Shown here: piece after piece, positions 54,956 through 64,000 of the stretch
Layout of the letters: each line of letters begins with the position of its first letter
Position numbering within the stretch: position 1 is the stretch's first letter
Assembly: GCA_965217895.1 (NCBI GenBank)
Contig: CBDCJV010000002.1
Span: 608,001-672,000 of the forward strand
DNA length: 64,000 nt
Reading direction: 5' to 3'
Origin: Waterburya sp.
GTDB lineage: Bacteria > Cyanobacteriota > Cyanobacteriia > Cyanobacteriales > Xenococcaceae
Made by a program: the position numbers and the translations under genes
The notes under the pieces: model-generated
What the model was told of the DNA's origin: nothing
The model's database searches: none
Seen by the model: the letters and a program-made list of their open reading frames with translations, nothing else

Positions 54956-56728
54956 TTATTTACTAATTTTCAACTCTTCCAAATTCCAAAAAGCACCGCC
55001 TAAAGCCGAATACTTTACACCTTTTATCTTATTGCGTATTGCTGCCATAGAATAAGGATTTACCAGACAAATTACAGGTAGTTGTTCTGATACTAACTGC
55101 TGCACTTGGCTATAGATTGCTTTACGTTTTTCTCGATCTAGTTCTCTTGCACCTTCAATATAGAGTCTGGCTATTTCTGTTTCCCAGCCAGCTATTTTTC
55201 TAGCTTTCAAATCTGGAACGTTTTGATTAAATATGTGAGAGTTACCATCAACCGCCCACAAGTTATAACCACTATTAGGCTCGTTTCCGCCAGTAAAACC
55301 TAATAAAATACAGTCCCAATCAAGAGTGTTATCTAGTTTGCCGATCAGCACGTTAAAGTTAACGGTTCTAAAGTTAACTTTAATGCCAATGGTAGCCAAG
55401 TCTTCTTCGATCTGATTACCCATTGCCTCGCGGATAGTATTGCCTGTATTGGTGTTTAAAGTAAAGCTAACGCGATCGCCTTGCTGGTCAAATAACTGAC
55501 CCTGCTGGTTGTATTTAAATCCTGCTTCTAACAATAGCTGCTTGGCTTTTTCAGGATTGTAAGAATATCCTGCGATACTTTTGTCATAAAAGGGAGACTG
55601 CTTTGGCATAAAGGAATTTTGTGGCGCACCTAATCCGCGAAAGATATTTTTGATCATGCGATCGCGGTTAATTCCATAGGATACAGCTTGCCTAAAATTA
55701 ACGTTGTTAAACCAGTCTGATTTATTAGGATTGATTACAGGTTTGCCATTTTTTTTGCCTTGATTGAGGTTAAAGGCGATAAAGGTCATGCTATAAACTT
55801 CTCCGCCTTCTTCAATTCTAAAGTTTCCTTTCTTCTCTTCTTTTTTAAGCAGGGAAAAATACTCAGGTGAAACGCTCAGGGAATCTAAACTTCCAGAGCG
55901 AAACTGCACCAAAGAAGTATCGGTAGATTCAACAATTTCCCAAATGACGCGCTTGATATAAGGTAGAGGTTCGTTGACGACCTCTTTTTTCCAATAATTA
56001 GGATTTGCTTCAAAAACTAGTCTTTCAGAGGTAGCATAGCTTTTTAGCTTGTAAGCACTACTAGCAACAATATTTTCTGGAGGAGTATCCAACGACCAAG
56101 TAGAAAGAAACTTTAAATTTCCATCTTTGCCTTTTTGCTTGACAGTTTCTTGCAAGATATGAGCGGGATATATAGATGCGCCAGTTACTTCTAGAAATGG
56201 AGCGAATGGTTCGGGGATAGTAAACTTGACCTGAAGATCGTTAATCTTGGTAACTTCAGGAAAACCTTCACTTTGCCCAATTTTCAAGATATCTCTCATC
56301 CCTGTAGGAATATCTGGATTGAGATAAATCTGATTATAGGTAAAAACTACATCATCTGCGGTTAATGGATGACCATCAGACCATTGAAGATTTGGTCTTA
56401 GAGTATAGACAATTTCGAGATCATCGTCGGAAATTGACCACGATTTAGCCAACGCTGGTTTTGTTTCCCCTGTAATGGGATTTTGGGTAGTCAAGCCATC
56501 GAATAGCATTCCTCCTACACTACTACTAGTTTCATCGGTGGCAATTACAGGATTAAAGGTTTTGGGATCGCTCAAGATTGTCATAACTAGTTCGGGTGGT
56601 TGACTAGGGTTGGCAGTCAATGTAGCAGGGTTACAGGCGGTTAAAGGAATTAACAGCACCGTAACCCAAATTAAGATCAGACATTTAGTGACCAATGTGC
56701 GGAGAGAATTTAGTAAACCCAAAACCAA
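54956..56728 (-). CDS. Peptide/nickel ABC transporter substrate-binding lipoprotein (OppA/DppA family)
   Basis: Lipobox LTAC, DPKTFN, WSDGHPLTADDVVFT. Confidence 0.9.
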   Translation of the reverse strand: MVLGLLNSLRTLVTKCLILIWVTVLLIPLTACNPATLTANPSQPPELVMTILSDPKTFNPVIATDETSSSVGGMLFDGLTTQNPITGETKPALAKSWSISDDDLEIVYTLRPNLQWSDGHPLTADDVVFTYNQIYLNPDIPTGMRDILKIGQSEGFPEVTKINDLQVKFTIPEPFAPFLEVTGASIYPAHILQETVKQKGKDGNLKFLSTWSLDTPPENIVASSAYKLKSYATSERLVFEANPNYWKKEVVNEPLPYIKRVIWEIVESTDTSLVQFRSGSLDSLSVSPEYFSLLKKEEKKGNFRIEEGGEVYSMTFIAFNLNQGKKNGKPVINPNKSDWFNNVNFRQAVSYGINRDRMIKNIFRGLGAPQNSFMPKQSPFYDKSIAGYSYNPEKAKQLLLEAGFKYNQQGQLFDQQGDRVSFTLNTNTGNTIREAMGNQIEEDLATIGIKVNFRTVNFNVLIGKLDNTLDWDCILLGFTGGNEPNSGYNLWAVDGNSHIFNQNVPDLKARKIAGWETEIARLYIEGARELDREKRKAIYSQVQQLVSEQLPVICLVNPYSMAAIRNKIKGVKYSALGGAFWNLEELKISK

Positions 56729-56833
56729 TAATTTCCCTTACTCAGTTTTATGACACATTATATTTGTTACTTTCAATTTGAGGTGTGAATTTGATGGCGA
56801 TCGCGGGTAATGCCCAAATAAAAATACAAACAA

Positions 56834-57100
56834 AGAACAGGTTTACAATTTGGTAGAGAAGTAGAGCAAGATATCTTTTATGAAGGAATACAGGTTGGAA
56901 CAAGACGGGCTGGCTTTACCGTAGAAGACAAAGTAATAGTCGAACTAAAAGCAGTAATCAACTTAGAAAACGTTCATTTAGCACAAGCAAAAAACTATGT
57001 ATTAGCATATAACTTTCCTGTAGGTTTATTGATCAACTTTGGCTCGACTAGTCTACAATACAAAAAAATATTCCATCCCAAACAGCGATCGAGATTATGA
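56834..57100 (+). pseudogene. GxxExxY-family (PD-(D/E)XK) protein, C-terminal remnant, absent from the ORF track
   Basis: Manual translation gives REVEQDIFYEGIQVGTRRAGFTVEDKVIVELKAVINLENVHLAQAKNY...GLLINFG; an upstream in-frame stop and no start. Confidence 0.8.
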
Positions 57101-57319
57101 GGATTAAAGGATTATCAGGATTTAGTTGTCTTTTTCCTCTGAAATTAATTAAAAATGCAAATCAGGATTATAAAAATTTAGAGGATGAACAAGATTAGGC
57201 TATTTATGAGAATCATAATTTGAGATAAATCTCGCAGCTAACCAATAACCTAATCCTGCAAATCCTAAAATCCTAAAAATCCCGATCTGCTATGAATAAA
57301 GTTGGCTTTTTATCTAACT

Positions 57320-59293
57320 ATGGATCTATCTCCTACTAAAAAAGCACTACTGGCGTTGAAACAAATGCAGAGTAAATTAGAAGCTCTCGAACAGGCTAAA
57401 CATGAGCCGATCGCTATAGTAGGAATAGGATGTCGTTTTCCTGGTGCGGATAACCCAGAAGAGTTTTGGCAGTTATTACAAAATGGTAAAGATGCGATTG
57501 TCGAGACTCCAGCAGAACGTTGGGATAAGTCTGATTATTATGCCCAACCAAGTACAACAGGTAAAATCTGCACTATCTATGGCGGATTTGTTTCCCATCT
57601 AAAGGAGTTTGATGCCAGTTTTTTTCGTATTGCACCAAGAGAAGCAGTTAGTCTCGATCCTCAACAAAGGCTGTTACTAGAGGTTAGTTGGGAAGCGTTG
57701 GAAAATGCTGCTATTCCCGCCGACAAAGTTCGAGGAAGTCAGACAGGAGTGTTTATCGGTGTCTCGGCTATAGACTATTGGCATCAGCTATTAAGCAGAA
57801 ACAATACAGAAATTGATGCTTACCTGACTACTGGCAATACTCACAGCTTGGCATCGGGACGAATATCGCACTTTTTTGATTTTACTGCTACCAGCATCTC
57901 TTTTGACACGGCTTGTTCATCATCTTTAGTAGCAGTACATTTAGCTATTAAAAGTTTACGCGATCGCGAGTGTAATATGGCTCTTGCAGGAGGAGTTAAC
58001 CGCCTTATTTCTCCTAAAATTAGCATTAATTTTTCTCAGGCAAAAATGCTTTCCCCTGATGGACGCTGCAAGACTTTTGATGCGGGTGCAAATGGTTTTG
58101 TTAGATCCGAAGGTTGCGGCATAGTAGTCTTGAAAAGATTAAGTGATGCGATCGCAAATGGCGATAATATTAGAGCTATCTTATTAGGTTCGGCTACAAA
58201 TCAGGATGGACGCACCAGCAGCATTACTACGCCTAATAGTTTGTCTCAGCAAGCGGTAATTGAACAGGCTTTGATTAATAGCAAAGTAGAAGCCAAGCAG
58301 ATTAGTTATCTAGAAACCCATGGTACAGGTACATCTTTAGGAGATGCGATCGAACTTGAGGCTTTGAGCAAAGTTTTTCAAGATAACGAGCAATTAATCT
58401 TAGGTGCGGTTAAAACTAATATTGGTCACTCGGAATCGGCAGCAGGGATAGCAAGTCTGATTAAAACTGTTTTAGCTTTAGAAAATAAGCTCATTCCTCC
58501 TAATTTACATCTCAATCAGCCTAATTCTAATGTAGAGTGGCAAAATTTACCTTTCAAACTGCCAGAGAAACCAATTAACTGGAACAAATCAACGCAACCC
58601 CGCATAGCTGGAGTTAGTGGCTTTGGCTTTAGTGGCACTAATGCTCATGTTGTTGTTAAAGAGGCTGATCTATTAGTTAGGGGAGATGGGGAGATAGACT
58701 TGCATCTGTTTACTTTATCTGCCAGAAACCAAAAGGCTCTATTTCAATTAGCTGCGGATTATATTAGTTATTTGGAATTACACCCCGATGTTTTAATTGA
58801 AGATATTTGCTATACGGTTAATGTAGGGCGATCGCATTTTAATCATAGAATAGCTCTTGTCGTTACCTCGATCGCCGAGCTGCAAGCCGAGTTAGTCCGA
58901 TACACTACTCAAGAAACATCATCAAAATTGTGGCAAAGTAAAGCCAATCTTAATCAAGAGCCAAAACTTACTTTAATAGTTTCGGCTCAAGTTAGTAGCG
59001 AGTTAAAAGAATTAGCTGAATCTTTGATCGAGAATTCCTTTGTTTCAAGCGATACAGCTAATATTTATTGGCAGATACATAACCCTCAAACAATACCAAA
59101 TAATAACCAGAAAACTATTGTTTCTCAAATCAAGCCAGATTTAAATAATTGGCAAATAATTATTTCTGGACTGGCTCAACTATATATATTAGGAGTAAAT
59201 ATAAGCTGGGAAGTACTAAGTAAAAACTGTAGTGGTAAAAAAATTAGTCTTCCTACTTATCCGTTTCAGCGACAAAAATATTGGTTAGATTAA
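57320..59293 (+). CDS. Stand-alone type I PKS ketosynthase (KS plus linker; no AT or ACP)
   Basis: EPIAIVGIGCRFPG, DPQQR, DTACSSS, HGTGT, NIGH, SGFGFSGTNAH; ends at LPTYPFQRQKYW. Confidence 0.88.
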   Translation: MDLSPTKKALLALKQMQSKLEALEQAKHEPIAIVGIGCRFPGADNPEEFWQLLQNGKDAIVETPAERWDKSDYYAQPSTTGKICTIYGGFVSHLKEFDASFFRIAPREAVSLDPQQRLLLEVSWEALENAAIPADKVRGSQTGVFIGVSAIDYWHQLLSRNNTEIDAYLTTGNTHSLASGRISHFFDFTATSISFDTACSSSLVAVHLAIKSLRDRECNMALAGGVNRLISPKISINFSQAKMLSPDGRCKTFDAGANGFVRSEGCGIVVLKRLSDAIANGDNIRAILLGSATNQDGRTSSITTPNSLSQQAVIEQALINSKVEAKQISYLETHGTGTSLGDAIELEALSKVFQDNEQLILGAVKTNIGHSESAAGIASLIKTVLALENKLIPPNLHLNQPNSNVEWQNLPFKLPEKPINWNKSTQPRIAGVSGFGFSGTNAHVVVKEADLLVRGDGEIDLHLFTLSARNQKALFQLAADYISYLELHPDVLIEDICYTVNVGRSHFNHRIALVVTSIAELQAELVRYTTQETSSKLWQSKANLNQEPKLTLIVSAQVSSELKELAESLIENSFVSSDTANIYWQIHNPQTIPNNNQKTIVSQIKPDLNNWQIIISGLAQLYILGVNISWEVLSKNCSGKKISLPTYPFQRQKYWLD

Positions 59294-59295
59294 AA

Positions 59296-59391
59296 TGTAG
59301 CAGTCCTATTTCGTTTGTGAACAGTTAAATCTTGGAACAGGGAATAGGAAATAGGGAACGAAGATTTCACGATTCATCTAAGATTATTATA
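59296..59391. mobile_element. MITE-like element with internal GGGAATA-type repeats
   Basis: Imperfect inverted ends TAGCAGTCCTA..TTGTGAA and TTCACGA..TAAGATTATTA. Confidence 0.5.
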
Positions 59392-59454
59392 TCATACTTA
59401 GTTATATCAATAAACAATTATATATTTATTTTTTATTAAGACAAATCATATTTA

Positions 59455-60906
59455 ATGTATTTATTAAACAATATACAATGGCACGATTTAGCCTATATAT
59501 ATCGTCAGAAACACAGGCTAAATCGCTTAAAAGAAAGCAGCAAAAACTATCAATATAACTATAAAAATATAGGAATACCTATATTACCTATTGGTTTAAA
59601 GCTGAGAGGTTATCAACACCAAGCTGTAGGTAATTGGTTAGAAAACAAAGGCAGAGGGACGCTAAAGATGGCGACAGGTAGCGGTAAAACTATTATTGCC
59701 CTGGCGATCGCCGTAGAACTTTATCAACAAATAGGACTTCAAGCATTAATTATAGTCTGCCCATATCGGCACTTAGTAACTCAATGGTCGAGAGAATGTC
59801 AAAAGTTTAATCTTCAGCCAGTTATTGCCATGACGCGGGTAGATAATTGGCAAAGCGAACTATCTAATCAGCTATACAATTTAGCAAATAATCCTCAATA
59901 TTTTCTGACAATTATTACTACTAATTCCACTTTAATAAGTGCAGGATTTCAATCTCAGCTTAAATATTTTCCGCCTAAAACATTAATTGTTGGCGATGAG
60001 GCACATAATTTAGGTTCAACTCGCATCGAGTCTAGTTTACCCAGAAATATTGGCTTACGTTTGGCTCTTTCTGCTACTCCAGAAAGACAATATGATGAAC
60101 TAGGAACAGAAGCTTTACTAAGCTATTTCGGCTCAATAATTCAACCAGAATTTACATTAGCTGATGCCATCAAACAAGAAGCATTAGTTCACTATTTATA
60201 TTACCCTGTTTTTGTTGAATTAACCGCCATAGAAGCATCTACTTATGCCAAGCTAACTAAGCGTATTGGCTGGAATTTGAGCAAGAATCATAGTTTTGCA
60301 GCTAACGATACCTTAACCTCTTTACTGACAAAGCGATCGCGTTTAATTGCCACAGCAGCTAATAAGTTAACTTGCCTTCAAGAATTAATGGCATCTAGAC
60401 TTAATACTAGCCATACGCTGTTTTATTGCGGTGATGGATATTTAGATAGTGGTGTACGTCAAATTGATGCGGTGACTCATTTATTAGGCAAAAAGCTAGG
60501 CTATCGCGTCAATACCTATACTACCGAAACATCCTTAGATGAAAGAGAACGTTTACGCCGTCAGTTTGAAGCGGGAGAGTTGCAGGGTTTGGTTGCCATT
60601 CGTTGTCTAGACGAGGGAATAGATATACCTGCAATCAAAACCGCTGTTATTCTCGCCAGCAGCAGTAACCCGCGTCAGTTTATTCAACGTCGCGGTAGAA
60701 TTTTACGTCCTCATCCTGGCAAAAAACAGGCAACTTTATTTGACACTATTGTTATACCTCCTAATTTAGATCGCGAAACTTGGGAAGTTGAAAGAAACTT
60801 ATTACGCAAAGAATTACTCAGATTTATTACTTTTGCTGAATTAGCAGATAACGCTAATGAGGCTACAAGGAAATTATTAAGATTGCAAGAACAATATGAA
60901 CTTTAG
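59455..60906 (+). CDS. SF2 ResIII-type helicase (family usually labelled DNA phosphorothioation-system restriction enzyme)
   Basis: LRGYQ, MATGSGKT, DEAH, LSATP, CLDEGIDIP, FIQRRGRILR. Confidence 0.8.
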   Translation: MYLLNNIQWHDLAYIYRQKHRLNRLKESSKNYQYNYKNIGIPILPIGLKLRGYQHQAVGNWLENKGRGTLKMATGSGKTIIALAIAVELYQQIGLQALIIVCPYRHLVTQWSRECQKFNLQPVIAMTRVDNWQSELSNQLYNLANNPQYFLTIITTNSTLISAGFQSQLKYFPPKTLIVGDEAHNLGSTRIESSLPRNIGLRLALSATPERQYDELGTEALLSYFGSIIQPEFTLADAIKQEALVHYLYYPVFVELTAIEASTYAKLTKRIGWNLSKNHSFAANDTLTSLLTKRSRLIATAANKLTCLQELMASRLNTSHTLFYCGDGYLDSGVRQIDAVTHLLGKKLGYRVNTYTTETSLDERERLRRQFEAGELQGLVAIRCLDEGIDIPAIKTAVILASSSNPRQFIQRRGRILRPHPGKKQATLFDTIVIPPNLDRETWEVERNLLRKELLRFITFAELADNANEATRKLLRLQEQYEL

Positions 60907-60970
60907 TCTTTAGTTAGTCAACAGTTAATAAACAATAGCAGAATAATATTGTAATAGTAATAAAAAACCG

Positions 60971-61579
60971 ATGGCAAAATTTTATTCTCAACTAACTTCC
61001 CCGTTACAAACTTTTATCCAGAATCAAAAGATCTTTTTTACCGCAACCGCACCTCTATCGGGCAGGATTAATTTATCTCCTAAAGGTATTGATACTTTTT
61101 GCTGTATTGATGACAACACGGTGGCATATTTAGATTTAACTGGTAGTGGTAACGAAACTGCGGCACATCTGCACGAAAATAGCAGAATAACTATTATGTT
61201 TTGTAGTTTTGATGAAGATCCTCTAATCTTAAGATTATACGGTCAAGGAGAAGTAATTAGTAGTCAGAGCGATCGCGAAGCTAGAGCGGGCGGAAACGCC
61301 GAATTTAGTTCGGCTTGTTCCACGCCCGCTAGAAGGCATCGCTTTAACACTTTACATTCCCTGTTTCCTAACCTCCCTGGGGAAAGACAGATAATATTAC
61401 TTAATATCGAATCGGTACAAACTTCCTGTGGTTTTGGCGTACCCGTATATGAATTTAAAGAAGATCGGGAAACTTTAATTAATTGGGCAGCTAAAAAAGG
61501 AAAATCAGGTATTAAGCAATATCAACAAGAAAATAACCTAGAAAGTATCGATGGATTACCTACCAATCTTGGTAAATGA
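60971..61579 (+). CDS. Pyridoxamine 5'-phosphate oxidase family protein with a 22-aa in-frame insertion
   Basis: NLSPKG, LTGSGNETAAH, QTSCGFGVP. Confidence 0.88.
   Translation: MAKFYSQLTSPLQTFIQNQKIFFTATAPLSGRINLSPKGIDTFCCIDDNTVAYLDLTGSGNETAAHLHENSRITIMFCSFDEDPLILRLYGQGEVISSQSDREARAGGNAEFSSACSTPARRHRFNTLHSLFPNLPGERQIILLNIESVQTSCGFGVPVYEFKEDRETLINWAAKKGKSGIKQYQQENNLESIDGLPTNLGK
61269..61342 (+). mobile_element. 66-nt nested hairpin element inserted in frame at HIP1
   Basis: GCG-[ATCGCGAAGCT AGAGCGGGCG..GCCGAA TTTAG TTCGGC..CGCCCGCT AGAAGGC]-ATCGC; removal gives SQSDRFNTL. Confidence 0.75.
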
Positions 61580-61832
61580 ACCTTCGCTTTGTTAATGGTT
61601 AATTGCAGTCGCCGAAAATCAATCTCTAACAATTGTTAAGTAGTCTGTGCGCTGTTGATTGCAATCAACAATTAACAATCAACTACCAACATGAAATCCC
61701 ACTTCAATTATGGGTAGATGAGCTTAATTGATTCAACAATAGTTAAAATCAGTAGCATTTTGATGAGCTAAAATTATTTTGTCTAGGGATACGAACTAAT
61801 CAAAATTTGATGATAGAAAAAGATAAATTAAT

Positions 61833-62381
61833 ATGGCTTCAACTATTTACAAATGGTCTATAGATGAATGGCACGAGTTAGTGGACTCAGGGGTATTAGA
61901 AGAAAAGCCTGTTGAACTCCTAGAAGGAAATATAGTTGAAATAAGTCCCGAAGGAATTGAACATAGCTATACGAATCAGTCAGTCAGCGATTACCTTAGG
62001 AACTTGCTTAAGGGAAAAGCATCTATTAGAGATGCTCATCCAATCACCTTAGATAATAGTGAACCAGAACCCGATATTGCGATCGTTCAACTACCAACAA
62101 CTATTTATCGTCAACATCATCCTTTTTCACAGAATATTTATCTGCTGATTGAGGTATCTAATAGGACTTTAAAGAAAGATCTTGAAGAAAAAATCATTAC
62201 TTATGCTCGTAACGGTATACCTGAATATTGGGTGATAGATTTGAAGAATAAAAAGCTGATCGCTCATACTAAACCACAAAATGGTATCTATTCACAAATT
62301 GTTGAATACCAATCAGGCACAATTACGCCTCAAGCCTTTCCTGATATTGATATTAATTTAAGCAAACTGCTGCTGTATTAA
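61833..62381 (+). CDS. Uma2 family endonuclease
   Basis: VELLEG, SEPEPDIAI, LIEVS, YARNGIPEYWVIDL. Confidence 0.92.
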   Translation: MASTIYKWSIDEWHELVDSGVLEEKPVELLEGNIVEISPEGIEHSYTNQSVSDYLRNLLKGKASIRDAHPITLDNSEPEPDIAIVQLPTTIYRQHHPFSQNIYLLIEVSNRTLKKDLEEKIITYARNGIPEYWVIDLKNKKLIAHTKPQNGIYSQIVEYQSGTITPQAFPDIDINLSKLLLY

Positions 62382-62627
62382 TATTTTATTTTTTGTCAAA
62401 TAATTGGAAATTGGTGGGCAAAAAAATTATTTATGAAGTGTTTTCTATATTCTAAATTTGCCCACCCTACAAGCGATCGCACTTTTAGATATTTGTGTTA
62501 AACAATAGCTATTTAGCTACATCGTAAAGCTGTCGGTTTAGCTTGGCAATAGCTTGCTCACAATACCAGTCAATAGACTTGCAACGAAAATGGATAACAC
62601 AGTGGGCAATAAGCAACGGGATGGTAA

Positions 62628-63395
62628 TTACTGTGGAGATTGTGTAGTGTTTATCTGTGGTGAGTCGGGTATCTCAAGCAGTCGCAAATATCCTTTGAAA
62701 AAATATGGTACTAGTCCACAGGTTATATCCAGGACATTTTTATCCATTCTTATAGCTAAGTCTCTTAAAGTTCTCTTTCCATTGAGTAAGCGAGTCATGT
62801 TAGCCAGAATAACGTCTGGCAGATGTTTTTGTAATTCGTGATATCGCTTGAGAAGTGGAGCATGATGAGGAGAACAAGAGGCTAAACCCTTGGCACCCCA
62901 AGTTGACCATTCTGTTTGAGAGCGAAAAAGGATTTGCTCTAGGTTAATAAACGCTAAAGATAGGCTAAAGCCAGCTTTGAGTAAATAATGGGCTGAAGTC
63001 TCTTGCACTGCATACTTTAAACCATTGTTATATTCCTTTTGCAACAAATCAAAAAATATCTCTTGGCTATGATTTTCAATTAAAGCTTTTACCTGTTCTC
63101 GCTTAACCATTTTTCGTTGGAGCAAAACATTGATTAAGCAATAATTTGGCGATCGCAATTCACTCTGGTTACGTAAAGCAATAGAAATAGTATCAACGCC
63201 AGGACAATAATAAGCAAAATTTCTGCGCCAGGAGCGATTTACGTGGTATCCTCCATCAGCCCATAAATATTTTCCTAAATAAAAAAACAATTCCCACTTT
63301 TGTTCATCATCTTGAGATGTTATGGTCAAAATACCTGTGAATTTTTCTCGATGGAGAGCAATAAGTTGTTCACTTAGTTTACTATTAGCACTCAT
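62628..63395 (-). CDS. PatA-type N-terminal (PATAN/DUF4388-like) domain protein lacking a receiver domain
   Basis: FTGILTI...WELFFYLG..LWADGG.H..RSWRR, L.GKRTLRDLA; stops before any REC domain. Confidence 0.75.
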   Translation of the reverse strand: MSANSKLSEQLIALHREKFTGILTITSQDDEQKWELFFYLGKYLWADGGYHVNRSWRRNFAYYCPGVDTISIALRNQSELRSPNYCLINVLLQRKMVKREQVKALIENHSQEIFFDLLQKEYNNGLKYAVQETSAHYLLKAGFSLSLAFINLEQILFRSQTEWSTWGAKGLASCSPHHAPLLKRYHELQKHLPDVILANMTRLLNGKRTLRDLAIRMDKNVLDITCGLVPYFFKGYLRLLEIPDSPQINTTQSPQ

Positions 63396-63486
63396 GAAAA
63401 TTATCGAAGAGTAAACAAAAAGTTGGTAATTAAGAACACAATCATAACCCTCGAAGTTGAAAACTGGTAGATGGTCATAGAGCAAG

Positions 63487-63999
63487 CTAGAATTCTAGAT
63501 AATATTTGCCGTCTTCCATTTTATAAAAAACAAGCTCATCTTTCCCATACTCGGTAAGGGTTTCTTGGGTGACAGGTTCATATTTCTTTAGAGTTCCAGA
63601 GCGTTCTAACTTACCCTTAAGCCATATACCAAATATTTGTAAGCTGTTTTTAGAACGAATGTTCTTATTATTGTCACCCTGAGTTCTCATCGGTATGATG
63701 TAACCGTCATCAGTGTAGGCTTCAAAATCACCTTGAGGATAATACTCTTGTGAATTCAAATCCTTATCGGCTATTAATTCAATTTCATACCAGGGGCGCG
63801 GTGTGATTATACCCGTCTTACTATTTAATCGACCCTTACCAAAATAAACATTTAGGTTTGACTGTTGTTTATCAACTACTCTCGATAAAGGAAAAACAAA
63901 TCTGGATAAATTATCTTTTGATACAGTTCTGGGATCGTATGTTGATAGACTATTCCACTGATTTTGAATCGTTGATAAAGTACTTTTCTTTTTAGTTGA
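63487..63999 (-). CDS. NgoFVII-family restriction endonuclease, C-terminal part (gene continues beyond the window)
   Basis: The frame is open to the window edge; SNLNVYFGKGR, RPWYEIEL, YTDDG, LQIFGIWLKGKLE. Confidence 0.75.
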   Translation of the reverse strand, partial: STKKKSTLSTIQNQWNSLSTYDPRTVSKDNLSRFVFPLSRVVDKQQSNLNVYFGKGRLNSKTGIITPRPWYEIELIADKDLNSQEYYPQGDFEAYTDDGYIIPMRTQGDNNKNIRSKNSLQIFGIWLKGKLERSGTLKKYEPVTQETLTEYGKDELVFYKMEDGKYYLEF

Positions 64000-64000
64000 A

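Noticed and set aside
59455..60906. Complete DNA phosphorothioation (dnd) system
   Set aside because: Only the helicase is present; there are no dndBCDE genes in the window.

Overview
Cyanobacterial chromosome segment with many HIP1 (GCGATCGC) sites and heptamer STRR repeats; gene content suggests Pleurocapsales, which is an inference. It has three zones. (1) About 1-19 kb is a decaying accessory and stress region: a SAVED effector gene, a deletion-shattered CBASS remnant (Cap3/Cap5-like) fused to a broken DHODH-pfkA unit, a DUF2779 double nuclease, and a cluster (hsp20, frameshifted rogue D1 psbA, two DUF4327 genes, hypC, usp) whose promoters share five copies of CTCACAA-N4-CTCAA, each 9 nt upstream of a -10-like hexamer. 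(2) About 19-33.7 kb is an apparently intact signalling island. A giant Ser/Thr kinase-AAA-GAF-PAS protein ends in an AAA_35-like ATPase where a histidine kinase module normally sits, and it converges on an HTH-AAA_35 protein. Three promoters with identical geometry (ATGAG boxes at 12/9-nt offsets, 22 nt to a -10 hexamer) precede a vanadium haloperoxidase, a carotenoid-oxygenase-family gene and a small membrane protein. This island is the best candidate for an undescribed system. (3) About 34-64 kb is mostly core genes (pcrA, glgP, eno, surE, plsC, hmpF with pilH/I/J-like taxis genes) plus an orphan KS, an SF2 restriction helicase, Uma2 and a partial NgoFVII-type REase. Tiny hairpin elements have inserted into HIP1 sites inside three genes. 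All calls come from reading motifs by eye; no database searches were run.
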